DNA from: a bacterium | GTDB taxonomy: Bacteria > Patescibacteriota > Patescibacteriia > Magasanikbacterales > GWA2-37-8 | Length of the DNA: 59,502 nucleotides | Assembly (NCBI GenBank): GCA_043821725.1 | Contig: JBDRCM010000002.1 | Coordinates: forward strand, 1-59,502 | Direction of reading: 5' to 3' | Shown: positions 46,894-57,118 of the stretch, in pieces | Position numbering within the stretch: the stretch's first letter is position 1 | Layout: each line of letters starts with the position of its first letter | The notes under the pieces: model-generated | Told to the model about the DNA's origin: nothing | Databases searched by the model: none | What the model saw: only the letters and a program-made list of their open reading frames with translations | Program-made: the position numbers and the translations under genes

Positions 46894-49443
46894 ATGTCAA
46901 AGTCCAGGGCAGAAGCAAAAATTTCTGCATTGGAAGAAAATCAAAAATCTGAAAATGACAAAGCATACAGGCCCGAAAATAAGGGTTCGCTATTGAAGTT
47001 GGTAAAAAAAAGTAATTTAGAAATTCCAGAAGAGAAAGTTGATAAAGAAGAAGAATTAACCCGCAAATTAAGAAGTTTGCGTTTCAAAGCCAAAGAACTT
47101 GACTTACAATTGAGCAATCAAAATCTGTCAATACTTCAAGCTAAACTTGAAAGTATAATTTTTCAACTTAGCTTGATAGAAATGCAGTTAAGCAGTGAAG
47201 AAGAAATTGATAGCGAGTCAAGAATCAATCAACTTGAACAACAATTGAGAGTAATTCAAGAACGGTTTGACGCAGGAACAGAGAAAAAACATGCGAGAGA
47301 AAGTGTTCCAGGGCAGAAAGAGTCAAGTTCTCCTTTAGGTGGAAATAAAGCCGATCAAGGAGGCGGAGGTAGTGGTGAAGGCGAAGGGCCTACAGATGAT
47401 GAAAATAAAATAAAGGAGCAAATAAAAGATGCTGAATTAAAAATGCAGACAGCAAAACGAATTGGGATAATAGAACCAGATACTGAATTTTATGAGCAGA
47501 TAAAGCTCGATATTATGCTTGCAAGATCAGACTGGATTATAATGACAAAAACTAAAAACGAGGTAAAAAAGAGGCAGAAAAAAGAACTTATTCAACGTAC
47601 GCTCAATTCAGTGGACATGATTTTGATTTTAGCCGAAAATATTAAAGATTTGAACCAGTTTTCTTTTGAAGCGCGTAAAATTGAGAATAGAGAAATAAGA
47701 GAGGAAGTTTCAATAAGAATTGACAGATTGAGCGATTATATTTCATTCCAAAAAAATTCATTGAATAATGATAATACCAATTCATTTAGCAGTTTATCTA
47801 AATCATTTAAATCTGCTCTTGACAAAATAAAACAAGACATGGATATTTTAGTTGGAAGGGATTTACAAGACAAAAAAAGCAAAGAAAGAGATTTGGCAAG
47901 AGCATTTGATGAAAAAACTGAAGAGTATAAAAGAAAAAGCTTACAAGAGAGTAAGCTAACAAAAGAGAGTAAGATACGAGATCAAAGTTCAAAACAGCCA
48001 CAAGAACAAGCGCAAACGCGATTTGAGGAAGATAGTCAGGAAAAAGTTAAAGAAGAAGCTGTTAAAATTAGCGGATATGATTTTTTAAAGCCAATATCCG
48101 ATGAATTATTAAGAAAGCAGTGGCCGTTGATAATAGAATTGTGGAAAGAGAATAAAACGGAAGACGTGAAGAATGTAATACAAAAAACAGTGAGTATTTT
48201 AGTGAAAAATATTTATGGGCTGGCAGAAGAATATATTTATTTGCACAAACCAATGATCCAAATGATTTCAACGAGCATATTTGGCAGAATATCTGAAATT
48301 GTCGAGCAAGCAACCAAAGGCGTCAAGCTGAACGTTTTTCAAAGAATGAGCCGTAACAAAGAAGCCATAAAAGCAATAAAATCTTTTTCAATGATTCAGC
48401 CGGATCAAATAAGCAGGGTATTCAGCGCTGCAATCGCCAAGCATGCGGATCAGAGTTTGCATGTTGATGAACACTTGATTGACGATGAACGAGAATTGCA
48501 GTCAAGAATAAATTTTTTGAAAGAACAGTCCGCCAAGAGTAAAACCACGCACAGTCCTAAAAAAATCGCTCGTCTTAAATCCCTTGTAAGAGCTGGAGCA
48601 GTTGGACTTGGAATTATGGTTGGATTGGCAACATATGAAAGTATAAAAGATATTGGAAACTGCGAACCCGAGGATACCACTGAGATTGATAAAGAAATTC
48701 AGAAAAAGGTTAAGAAAATAATAGATCAGGGTATTGATGATGAAAAAAAAGCAAAAGCCAAAACGGAAATTATTACAGAACCGTTTGAAGATGGAAGCCA
48801 CATTTCCAGCCAAAAGGATGTTGTTGGACAAGATAAAAATATTTCAAAGGGCGAAAGCTCGCAGGAAAAGCCAAATCAAGCAGGGCGGGATAAGGCCGAC
48901 TTATTTGATAAAAGTCCGGCTATTTCTTTGGCTAAAGCAAATAAAGATACAAAACCACAAACAAAATCTGAATCAAGAGCCAATATAAAAATCAGTGATC
49001 TATTAAAAGAGCAACAAAAAAGAAAGAGGCCCGGCAAAAACCAGTCGGAAATAGCAAGGCGTGAAATGAAAAAAATGGGTTTAGCGCCCAAAAAGCTTCG
49101 GTTAGAAACAAAACAAAGTATTGAAGAAAAAGGTTCTAAAGTCATAAGAGATCTTGCTCCGCTAAATGTAGCTCAAATAGCGGACAACATCATGTTCGCA
49201 AAAATGCCTAAGAGCAATGAGAGTTACAAAAAGTATGGTTATGCCGATTACATAACAAAGCAGTGTAATAGTGGCTTGCTTGAAGAATTGCCTAACAAAT
49301 ACGCTCCAATGGATTCAAAAAATGCGCTTGATGATGTTGATGAGTTTTTAGATCAGATGCGAGCGCTTGCAAAAAAAGGAAACAAGGAGGGGATTAAACA
49401 TTTGATTGAGTGGAATCTAATGAATTGGCAGGAGCATTTTTGA
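46894..49443 (+). CDS. Large charged coiled-coil protein with one internal TM (possibly continuing to 49785)
   Basis: 849 aa K/E/Q-rich ORF with a GAVGLGIMVGLA segment. Confidence 0.7.
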   Translation: MSKSRAEAKISALEENQKSENDKAYRPENKGSLLKLVKKSNLEIPEEKVDKEEELTRKLRSLRFKAKELDLQLSNQNLSILQAKLESIIFQLSLIEMQLSSEEEIDSESRINQLEQQLRVIQERFDAGTEKKHARESVPGQKESSSPLGGNKADQGGGGSGEGEGPTDDENKIKEQIKDAELKMQTAKRIGIIEPDTEFYEQIKLDIMLARSDWIIMTKTKNEVKKRQKKELIQRTLNSVDMILILAENIKDLNQFSFEARKIENREIREEVSIRIDRLSDYISFQKNSLNNDNTNSFSSLSKSFKSALDKIKQDMDILVGRDLQDKKSKERDLARAFDEKTEEYKRKSLQESKLTKESKIRDQSSKQPQEQAQTRFEEDSQEKVKEEAVKISGYDFLKPISDELLRKQWPLIIELWKENKTEDVKNVIQKTVSILVKNIYGLAEEYIYLHKPMIQMISTSIFGRISEIVEQATKGVKLNVFQRMSRNKEAIKAIKSFSMIQPDQISRVFSAAIAKHADQSLHVDEHLIDDERELQSRINFLKEQSAKSKTTHSPKKIARLKSLVRAGAVGLGIMVGLATYESIKDIGNCEPEDTTEIDKEIQKKVKKIIDQGIDDEKKAKAKTEIITEPFEDGSHISSQKDVVGQDKNISKGESSQEKPNQAGRDKADLFDKSPAISLAKANKDTKPQTKSESRANIKISDLLKEQQKRKRPGKNQSEIARREMKKMGLAPKKLRLETKQSIEEKGSKVIRDLAPLNVAQIADNIMFAKMPKSNESYKKYGYADYITKQCNSGLLEELPNKYAPMDSKNALDDVDEFLDQMRALAKKGNKEGIKHLIEWNLMNWQEHF

Positions 49444-49512
49444 AAAATATTTGATTTTGATTCTCTTCACAAAGATGTAAAAGACAAGAAAGAAAGTATT
49501 AAGAGGGATAGC

Positions 49513-49785
49513 ATGGAAGCAGACCTGCTGAACAGATATGCAAAAAAGAACCGCCACAAAATAATTTGGAATTATACTTCAAAAGACAACTACATGCCGG
49601 ACAGCATTAAAATAGATAAAATGTTAATAAGGATGATAAAAAAACATCTTGTTTATAAAAGAATAGGCATGCAATATAATGAGCCCTCTGAATTCGCCAA
49701 AAGAATGCAGCTTGAATTGGGAATAGAAATTGATTCCAAAACGGCCTCTAAAATGTTAAAAAGTATATTTTATTACAATCAGTAA
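49513..49785 (+). CDS. Hypothetical 90-aa ORF, in frame with the upstream gene
   Basis: Same frame as 46894 ORF with no stop between 49444 and 49512. Confidence 0.5.
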   Translation: MEADLLNRYAKKNRHKIIWNYTSKDNYMPDSIKIDKMLIRMIKKHLVYKRIGMQYNEPSEFAKRMQLELGIEIDSKTASKMLKSIFYYNQ

Positions 49786-49886
49786 TGAAATATTGTTTAG
49801 ATTATCACCCTCTGTTTGCTAATTTTGTTTATGAATTATAAAACGTCCTACGCGTTATGTGGCCGTTTTATGTTTTTAAGTTAATA

Positions 49887-50121
49887 GGGCCTACCACCAA
49901 ATACCATTTCTACTGCAATTTATAAATTATGGCCAAAATCGTTTCAAAATTTCTTGGCTTATCTTACAGATAGTCCTCAAAATTTTTTATCAAGCGAAGC
50001 GAGAGAAAAGAAAAATGATAATTTTTCTTTTCCGAGCGAGCGAAGATAACTATGGAATTATCAACAATTTTGTCTCATAATTTATCAATTTCGTCACGAA
50101 AGCGCATTTGGCGACAGACCC
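49887..50121 (-). mobile_element. MITE family A copy with TAATA TSD, inserted in the clpB stop codon
   Basis: TAATA at 49882-49886 and 50122-50126; nearly identical to the 41637 copy. Confidence 0.9.
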
Positions 50122-52763
50122 TAATAGGAAATTATAATTTCCGAGTTTATCGCGCTTACCTTTACCGCACTGCCTTCTTTAATTTTTCCTTCTATTATTT
50201 TTAGCGCCAGATCATCCATTATTTCGTTCTGTATCACTCTTTTTAACGGACGAGCTCCATAATCTTCGTCATATCCTTTTTTAGCAAGAAATTTTTTTGC
50301 TTTTTCATCAATAGTGAGGTTTATTTTATTTTTCGCGAGGCGTTCGCGGATTTTTTCCAATTGCAAGTCAACGATTTTTGATATTTGATTTTGATTAAGC
50401 GATTGGAATATAATTATTTCATCAACTCTGTTCAAAAATTCCGGCTTAAAATGCAATTTTAGTTGTTCATTTATTCTTTCACTGATTTCTTTTTCAAGAT
50501 TTTTTCTTGTATTTTTTCTGTGATCATCAAATCCAAGGTCTCCTTTTTTATTGAAGTCAATAATCAGCTCGCCGCCAAGGTTGCTTGTCATTATTAAAAT
50601 TGTATTTTTAAAATTTACTTTTCTTCCTTTTGAGTCGCTTATGTGTCCTTCGTCAAGTATTTGAAGAAGCACATTAAATACGTCCGGATGCGCTTTTTCA
50701 ATTTCATCAAGCAGTATCACGCAATATGGCTTTCTGCGCACTATTTCCGTAAGCTGGCCTCCTTCTTCATAGCCAACATATCCGGGTGGAGATCCGGTAA
50801 TTTTTGATACTGAATGCTTCTCCATATATTCGCTCATATCAATGCGGACTAGAGCTTCTTCGCTGTCAAACATGAATTCAGCCAAAGATTTTGCCAATTC
50901 TGTTTTGCCAACCCCTGTTGGCCCTAAAAACATAAACGATCCAATTGGCCGGTTGGGCTCTGCTATGCCGGCTCTTGATCTTCTAATGGCGCTTGAAACG
51001 GCGTTTATGGCTTTTTCCTGACCAACAACGCGGCAGGACAATTCTTTTTCCATGTTGGCTAATTTTTCTGCTTCACTGCGAAGCATTTTTGCCACAGGGA
51101 TGCCTGTCCAGCGCGATACAACAGCCGCTATATCTTGCTCTGAAACTTCTTCCTTTAGTATTCCTTTATTTTTCTGCAGTTCACTAAGTTTTTTTTCATT
51201 TTTCTTTATTTCAGTAACAAGCTCCGGAATTCTGCCATATCGTATTTCAGCCACTTTTTGTAAATCGCCGTTTCGTTCCTGAATGTCAGCTTCCTGCTTC
51301 AACTTGTCAATCTCTTTTTTTTTGTCATGGATTTTGCTTATAATGTCTTTTTCGTTCTTCCATCTTGCTTCAAGCTCAACGCTTTTTTCGCGCAAGTCAG
51401 CCAGCTCTTTTTCAATTTTTCCCAATCGCTCTTTTACTTCAGGATCCTTTTCTTTTTTAAGAGCTCTTTTTTCAATTTCAAATTTAATAAGTTTTCGTTT
51501 CATTATATCAAGCTCGTCAGGCATGGAATCAATCTGCATCCTTAAAGCTGACGTAGCTTCATCCACCAAATCAATGGCTTTATCCGGAAGGAATCTGTCT
51601 GTAATATATCTTTCAGAAAGATCAACAGCTGAAATAATCGCTGAATCCGTAATTCTAACTCCATGATGAACTTCATATTTTTCTTTTATGCCTCTTAAAA
51701 TTGCTATTGTATCTTCCTCGCTTGGTTCATTAACAACTATGGGTTGGAAACGTCGTTCAAAAGCCGCATCCTTTTCAACGTGTTTTTGATATTCTTTGAG
51801 AGTTGTGGCTCCGATTGTGCGAAGTTTTCCGCGAGCAAGTGCCGGCTTAAGCATGTTTGACGCATCAACCGACCCTTCAGATGAGCCAGCTCCGACTATT
51901 GCGTGCAGTTCATCAATAAAAAGAATGATTGATCCGTTTGATGAGTCAATCTCTTTTAAAAGGGTTTTTAAACGATCTTCAAACTCACCTCTGAACTTAG
52001 TTCCCGCTAAAAGCGAGCCAAGATCAAGCGCCAGTATTTGTTTGTTTTTTAATGATTCTGGAACGTCGCCATTTACAATTCTTTGTGCTAACCCCTCAAC
52101 CACTGCTGTTTTTCCTACGCCGGGCTCTCCAATCAATACCGGATTATTTTTTGTTCTTCTGCTTAGAATTTGCATGACACGCCGTATTTCATTATCACGA
52201 CCGATTATTGGATCGATTTTTTCTTCTCCCGCCATTTGCGTTAAATTATTGCAATATTTTTCAAGCACATTGAATTTTGATTCAGGTTCGGGGTTGTCTA
52301 TTTTTACGCCACCTCTAATTTCAGAAAGAGTTTTCAGTATCTGTTCATAACCAATGTCGCGCGTTTTTAGAATTTCAGAAATAGGATTTTTACCGGTTAA
52401 AAAAGCAAGAAAAAGATGCTCAACGCTGATAAATTGGTCTCCCATTTTTTTTGATTCAACTCCTGCTATCTGAAGAATGTGCATCATTGCTGGGCCAAGC
52501 ACTATTTGTCCGATAGGGGAAAATTGTTTGGACGCATCTTGTTGTTTTGGCAGTTTATCAATCAAAAGTTGCACTTCAGCTTTAAGCGGTATTATTTCAA
52601 TGTTGTTTTTCGCCAAAATAGAGGCGATTATTGAATCATCATCTTCAAGAAGAGCAAAAAACAAGTGAACCGGATCAACGGCTTGCTGTCCATTGCCGTT
52701 TGCTACGCCTGCGGCTTGCTGAAGTTTTTCCTGTGCTTTGCTTGTAAAATTTTGAGGAATCAT
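50121..52763 (-). CDS. clpB: ATP-dependent chaperone ClpB
   Basis: Two AAA+ modules ([16 protein letters not shown]), long middle coiled coil, [13 protein letters not shown]. Confidence 0.97.
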   Translation of the reverse strand: MIPQNFTSKAQEKLQQAAGVANGNGQQAVDPVHLFFALLEDDDSIIASILAKNNIEIIPLKAEVQLLIDKLPKQQDASKQFSPIGQIVLGPAMMHILQIAGVESKKMGDQFISVEHLFLAFLTGKNPISEILKTRDIGYEQILKTLSEIRGGVKIDNPEPESKFNVLEKYCNNLTQMAGEEKIDPIIGRDNEIRRVMQILSRRTKNNPVLIGEPGVGKTAVVEGLAQRIVNGDVPESLKNKQILALDLGSLLAGTKFRGEFEDRLKTLLKEIDSSNGSIILFIDELHAIVGAGSSEGSVDASNMLKPALARGKLRTIGATTLKEYQKHVEKDAAFERRFQPIVVNEPSEEDTIAILRGIKEKYEVHHGVRITDSAIISAVDLSERYITDRFLPDKAIDLVDEATSALRMQIDSMPDELDIMKRKLIKFEIEKRALKKEKDPEVKERLGKIEKELADLREKSVELEARWKNEKDIISKIHDKKKEIDKLKQEADIQERNGDLQKVAEIRYGRIPELVTEIKKNEKKLSELQKNKGILKEEVSEQDIAAVVSRWTGIPVAKMLRSEAEKLANMEKELSCRVVGQEKAINAVSSAIRRSRAGIAEPNRPIGSFMFLGPTGVGKTELAKSLAEFMFDSEEALVRIDMSEYMEKHSVSKITGSPPGYVGYEEGGQLTEIVRRKPYCVILLDEIEKAHPDVFNVLLQILDEGHISDSKGRKVNFKNTILIMTSNLGGELIIDFNKKGDLGFDDHRKNTRKNLEKEISERINEQLKLHFKPEFLNRVDEIIIFQSLNQNQISKIVDLQLEKIRERLAKNKINLTIDEKAKKFLAKKGYDEDYGARPLKRVIQNEIMDDLALKIIEGKIKEGSAVKVSAINSEIIISY

Positions 52764-52816
52764 ATGAATATTTAGTATGAAGTATTGTTAAGTTTTAGGT
52801 AAATTTTGTAAGCGAG

Positions 52817-52869
52817 TTATCACTCTCTTTTATAGAGTGATAATAACATGAATTGAATGTGATTGTCAA
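52817..52869 (-). promoter_or_regulatory. clpB promoter with CIRCE-like (HrcA) operator
   Basis: TTATCACTC-N9-GAGTGATAA at 52817-52843; minus-strand TTGACA-N18-TATTAT overlaps it. Confidence 0.8.
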
Positions 52870-52895
52870 GTATGATATTCTTTGATGTGAACAAT

Positions 52896-53264
52896 ATGGC
52901 AATAAGAGAAATAAAAATTAAAATACCGCGCAGAAATAAGCGCGCTTATCTTAAATTCAAGGAATTGGCCAGACAATTTGTAAGGCAAAGAGTTGATTTT
53001 TATAACCGATATTACAATTATTCTTATAATAGGATTTTTATTAAGAATCAAAAGACGCGATGGGGGAGTTGTTCTGAAAATAGAAATTTGAATTTTAATT
53101 ATAGAATAATTTTTTTCCCGCCAAGGGTTGCCGACTATATAATCGTGCATGAGCTCTGTCATCTAAAGGAGATGAATCATTCCAAAAGATATTGGGCCAT
53201 AGTTTCAATTATATTTCCTGACTATAAAAAAATCGAACATCAGCTTAAGTGGCTGGCGAGTTGA
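52896..53264 (+). CDS. YgjP/DUF45 (M48-like) metallopeptidase-domain protein
   Basis: QKTRWGSCS, LNFNYR, DYIIVHELCHLKEMNHS (HExxH). Confidence 0.9.
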   Translation: MAIREIKIKIPRRNKRAYLKFKELARQFVRQRVDFYNRYYNYSYNRIFIKNQKTRWGSCSENRNLNFNYRIIFFPPRVADYIIVHELCHLKEMNHSKRYWAIVSIIFPDYKKIEHQLKWLAS

Positions 53265-53435
53265 TACTTATCCACAAAAAAATCAAACCTATTTTTTTTA
53301 TTAAAGAAAATATGGTATAATGTTTTCAGAGATAGACCATCCCAAGTAAATCACAGTGCAAAAAAAGGGGGTGGCGCAAAAAATAATTCAAAAATCGCAC
53401 GCCGATTCATTCGGCGGGTTAAAAGAAAAAAGTAT

Positions 53436-53840
53436 ATGCTGAAATTTGCGCCTCAAATATTTAATGACATAACAACAGGTAGCCAAACATGGATAATTTT
53501 AATGTTGATAGCGTTGTGGGTGATACCGTGGAAGGCCGTTGCTCTATGGAAGTCAGCAAGGAATAATCAAAAAGGATGGTTCGTGGTATTGATGCTTTTA
53601 AATACCATCGCAATAGTTGATGCCATTTATATTTTTATCTTCAGCGACAAAAAAGGAAAAGACAAATGTGGATGCGCGCCTGCAGTGGCTCAGCTTCCGA
53701 TTGTTAAAAAGACAGTAAAGAAGATAGTAAAGAAAAATAAGGAGGCAGTGGCTAAGAAAAATAGTAAGTTGAAAATGACTGCTAATCCAATGATTGCAAA
53801 AACTAAAAAAGTCAAAAAGAAAATTGTAAAAAAGAAGTGA
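53436..53840 (+). CDS. DUF5652-like membrane protein with a Lys-rich tail
   Basis: WKAVALWKSARNNQKGWFV..L.NT motif; basic low-complexity C-terminus. Confidence 0.75.
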   Translation: MLKFAPQIFNDITTGSQTWIILMLIALWVIPWKAVALWKSARNNQKGWFVVLMLLNTIAIVDAIYIFIFSDKKGKDKCGCAPAVAQLPIVKKTVKKIVKKNKEAVAKKNSKLKMTANPMIAKTKKVKKKIVKKK

Positions 53841-53912
53841 GAATTTATTAACAAAATATTTCATTAAACAGTTAGCGGATTAAATCCGCTAATTTTTTTT
53901 AAATCAGAGCTC

Positions 53913-53941
53913 TTGAATAAAAAAATTATTTATATTACAAT
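53913..53941 (+). promoter_or_regulatory. Sigma70 promoter of the candidate large ncRNA
   Basis: TTGAAT-N17-TACAAT, immediately after the terminator TTAGCGGATT/AATCCGCTAA-T8. Confidence 0.65.
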
Positions 53942-53947
53942 TATGAG

Positions 53948-54390
53948 TGCTTATGTGAACTGTGGCCGCGCAAATGCCCGGATCCGTCCCAGGGGATAGT
54001 AAAAGGGCGCGTTTCCATAGTTTGCATACGCATTGAGAAGCAGAGCGAGGCGCTGAGAGTTCGGTGAAAAGCTAAGATATTTTAATATCCGAACTTCGGG
54101 TTCTTTTCGTGGTAATGGAAAGATTCCCCCTCGGGAAGCGCTAAGCCCTGCTTCTCGCCAATGTATTCCTGTTAGGTTAACCATAATCGTTGATCTAATG
54201 GGTTGACATATTTGAGAAAACGTGCTTAAATATAGCAAGGCATGTTGCGTTCCGCTGGATCCAAAGTGGTGCGCGACCGCACAAAAAAAGGAGGTGAAAC
54301 ACCCAATCCGTCGAAGCAGGCGCAATTCGATTGCTACCGATTTCCCCCTGGGAAAAGCATTGATTGCGCTTTGCTTCGGCGGTTCTTCAC
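53948..54390 (+). ncRNA. Large structured ncRNA candidate, family unrecognised
   Basis: GC-rich island with many nested complementary segments; no credible ORF. Confidence 0.7.
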
Positions 54391-54447
54391 AAATACGTTA
54401 AAAAATGATAAAATGCATACACTGAATAAGTGTTTTTTTGTTTTTTT

Positions 54448-55386
54448 ATGCATTATTTATTTTTTGCGATAATCGGCTATATTCTGCTCGGAATTGTAAA
54501 CATTTTTGATAAATTTATTTTAACAAAAGCAATCAAGCAGCCACTGGTGTTTGTTTTTTACTCAACAGCGCTTGTGCTTCCCATTTTTTTATTTCTTCCT
54601 TTTGGTGTTTTAACGTTGGAAAGCCCGCTTCATTATTTTATTGCCTCTTTTGCAGGCATTTTTTTTGGCTTGGCTTTATGGGCAATGTACAAAGGCTTTC
54701 AAGAAAGCGAAGTAAGCCATGGAGCGCCTTTGCTTGGCGCTTCAACTCCTTTTTTTGTTTTAATTTTAAGCGTATTATTTCTTAGGGAGCAGTTAAGCGG
54801 ACAGCAGTTGGTTGGCATTATTATATTGGTTATCGGTTCAGTAATGATATCATTTGAAAAAAGCCGCAGGCATAAAGGCCTGCATGCGGGGCTTTTATAC
54901 ATTGTACTGTCAGGTTTTCTATATGCTGTTTCTCATGTTGCGTCAAAATATATTTATGATATTTACGGTTTTTACAGCGGTCTGGTTTGGACAAGGGGAT
55001 TTATGGCGCTTTTTGGAATTTGCTTGCTTTTTATCCCAATGGTAAGAAGGGAAATTTTTTGCAAAGACAATAGTCGAGCCACCAAAGCATCAATAAATGA
55101 GCTTAATCAAAAAACCAGCCGACCCCGCCAGATACTTTTAGTTGTTTTAAGCAGAGTTTTAGCTGTAGTGGCCGTGGTAATAATACAATACGCAATAGCA
55201 ATCGGGAGTGTTACCATTGTGAATGCATTGGCAGGCGCGCAATTCGCATTCATTATAGTTACGGTAATGCTTTTGACAAAATTCGTCCCTAAAATATTTA
55301 AAGAAAAATTTATTGTCGGTGAATTTGAGTGGGAGATGATTTCTGTGCTCATAATAGCAATTGGCATGATTGTTGTTATTACATGA
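54448..55386 (+). CDS. EamA/DMT-family transporter
   Basis: About 10 TMs in two repeats; EVSHGAPL..ASTPFFVLILSVLFLREQL. Confidence 0.88.
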   Translation: MHYLFFAIIGYILLGIVNIFDKFILTKAIKQPLVFVFYSTALVLPIFLFLPFGVLTLESPLHYFIASFAGIFFGLALWAMYKGFQESEVSHGAPLLGASTPFFVLILSVLFLREQLSGQQLVGIIILVIGSVMISFEKSRRHKGLHAGLLYIVLSGFLYAVSHVASKYIYDIYGFYSGLVWTRGFMALFGICLLFIPMVRREIFCKDNSRATKASINELNQKTSRPRQILLVVLSRVLAVVAVVIIQYAIAIGSVTIVNALAGAQFAFIIVTVMLLTKFVPKIFKEKFIVGEFEWEMISVLIIAIGMIVVIT

Positions 55387-55461
55387 ATGGCAAGTAAGCA
55401 TTATTAACCGCGCATAAGAAAATATCATCTCGACATGAACAAGTCCTAAAGAATTAAAAAG

Positions 55462-56466
55462 ATGAAGCATAAAATTTTAAAAATAATTATCACAATCGCG
55501 TCTTTCATCTTTTTGTTTTTAATGATCGCGATTATTAGTAATAATACAATGAAAAAAGAACAAGGGAACACAATATTTGGATTAAGTTTTTCTCCATATT
55601 ATGCGAAATATCTTAATTTAGACGCTAAAGAAGCGTTTCGCGAAATTTTGCAAGAAATGGATTTTAAGTACATTCGCTTGACAGCTCAATGGGATAAGAT
55701 AGAGGCAAAGCGTGGAGTTTATAATTTTACTGATTTGGATTGGATGATGAAAATGGCAGTTGAAAATAAAGCAAAAATTATTTTAACAGTGGGTAGGAAA
55801 ACCCCTCGCTGGCCTGAATGTCATATTCCAGAATGGGCGAAAAAAATGCAATTTCAAGAATACAAAGGAGATTTGCATAAATTTATAGAGCAGGTTGTAA
55901 ATAGATATAAGGACAATCCGGCTTTGGAAATTTGGCAGGTGGAAAATGAGCCGTATCTGGCTTTTGGTGAATGTTCTGTAATGGCCTCTCAAGACCTGCG
56001 TGATGAAATTGATCTTGTGAGAAGTCTTGATAATATGCATAAGGTAATGGTTACTGACAGTGGAGAGCTAAGTTGGTGGAGAAAGACCGCACAAGCCGGA
56101 GATTTGTTTGGCACCACCATGTACAGAGTTGTGTGGAATCGTTTTTTTGGATATTTTAGTTATGATTGGATGCCGGCAAAGCTGTACAATCTTAAGTTAA
56201 TGCTTAATAAAAGAGAATTAGATGAAGCATATATCGTAGAACTGCAAGCAGAACCATGGATACCTGCGCAATCTGTGCACGCCACTCCATTGGGAGAACA
56301 ATATAAATCATTCAGTATGAAGCGCTTGGAAAAAAATATTGATTATGCAACCAGAACAGGGATGCCTCGCGCTTATTTGTGGGGAGCTGAATGGTGGATT
56401 TGGGTTGAAAAACAGTATGGAGTGGGGCAGTATATTGAATATATTAAAACACTGCGCAAGGATTGA
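55462..56466 (+). CDS. Membrane-anchored clan GH-A glycoside hydrolase (GH5/GH42-like)
   Basis: IRLTAQWDKIE...GVYNFTDLD, WQVENEP acid/base, VELQAEPW nucleophile region. Confidence 0.8.
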   Translation: MKHKILKIIITIASFIFLFLMIAIISNNTMKKEQGNTIFGLSFSPYYAKYLNLDAKEAFREILQEMDFKYIRLTAQWDKIEAKRGVYNFTDLDWMMKMAVENKAKIILTVGRKTPRWPECHIPEWAKKMQFQEYKGDLHKFIEQVVNRYKDNPALEIWQVENEPYLAFGECSVMASQDLRDEIDLVRSLDNMHKVMVTDSGELSWWRKTAQAGDLFGTTMYRVVWNRFFGYFSYDWMPAKLYNLKLMLNKRELDEAYIVELQAEPWIPAQSVHATPLGEQYKSFSMKRLEKNIDYATRTGMPRAYLWGAEWWIWVEKQYGVGQYIEYIKTLRKD

Positions 56467-56522
56467 CATTTATTTAATTACTGTTATTATATCCGAGTAA
56501 TTCATTATGCGTAAAAAAATGC

Positions 56523-56596
56523 GCGCGCCTAGCTCAGCTGGTTAGAGCGCCTCGTTTACACCGAGGAGGTCAGGGGTTCGAATCCCTTGGCGCGCA
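56523..56596 (+). tRNA. tRNA-Val(TAC)
   Basis: GCGCGCC/GGCGCGC acceptor stem, CCTCG-TTTACAC-CGAGG anticodon arm. Confidence 0.96.
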
Positions 56597-57118
56597 CAAA
56601 AAAACAGGGTCAAAAAATCTTCTTTTTTTATCTACAAGCAAAATATTGAAAAAAAATAAAAATTAATGTAATATATTTATTGTTCTATGTCTGGCATCAA
56701 ACAAAAGGAGGAATCCACGACCAAGAAGAAGTTGTTCAGCAGTAAGTAGTCTGGAGCAAGACGTCAATTTGTGCAGTAAAAAACTCGCATGCTTTGCATG
56801 CCGAGAAAACCGTCACAGACGGAAAGTATTGCGGGACATTGGCGAGCACTCTTAGAACTCGCACTCAAACCTCCCGCATATTCCTTATAACATTAAAAAA
56901 TGTTGTAAGGAGTATCAATAGGTTTGAGTGTTAAAAGAATTAAAAAGCCGATAAATTTTATCGGTTTTTTAATATTGCAGATTCAGTTGGGTGGACACAC
57001 ATCAAGTCGGCGAAAAACTTATCATTACCCGGTTTTTTTATAACTCTGCAACTTGTGTTCTAATATGGTTTTTAATCGCGTAATATGGTAAAATATATTT
57101 CATAATGAACTAATATTT

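Noticed and set aside
49441-49443. TGA=Gly recoding (genetic code 25)
   Set aside because: Conserved genes (nnrD, smpB, tpiA, UvrD helicase) end properly at TGA and long genes have no internal TGA
53330-53420. Possible riboswitch upstream of the DUF5652-like gene
   Set aside because: Only two short stems and no recognisable aptamer consensus
53948-54390. RNase P RNA, SRP, 6S or group II intron
   Set aside because: No GAGGAAAGUCC/AACAGAA..CGGCUUA, SRP loop or domain V signature seen on either strand; the length does not fit 6S
53951-54472. ORFs 53951-54325(-) and 54242-54472(+)
   Set aside because: Non-ATG starts and atypical composition; by-products of a GC-rich structured region
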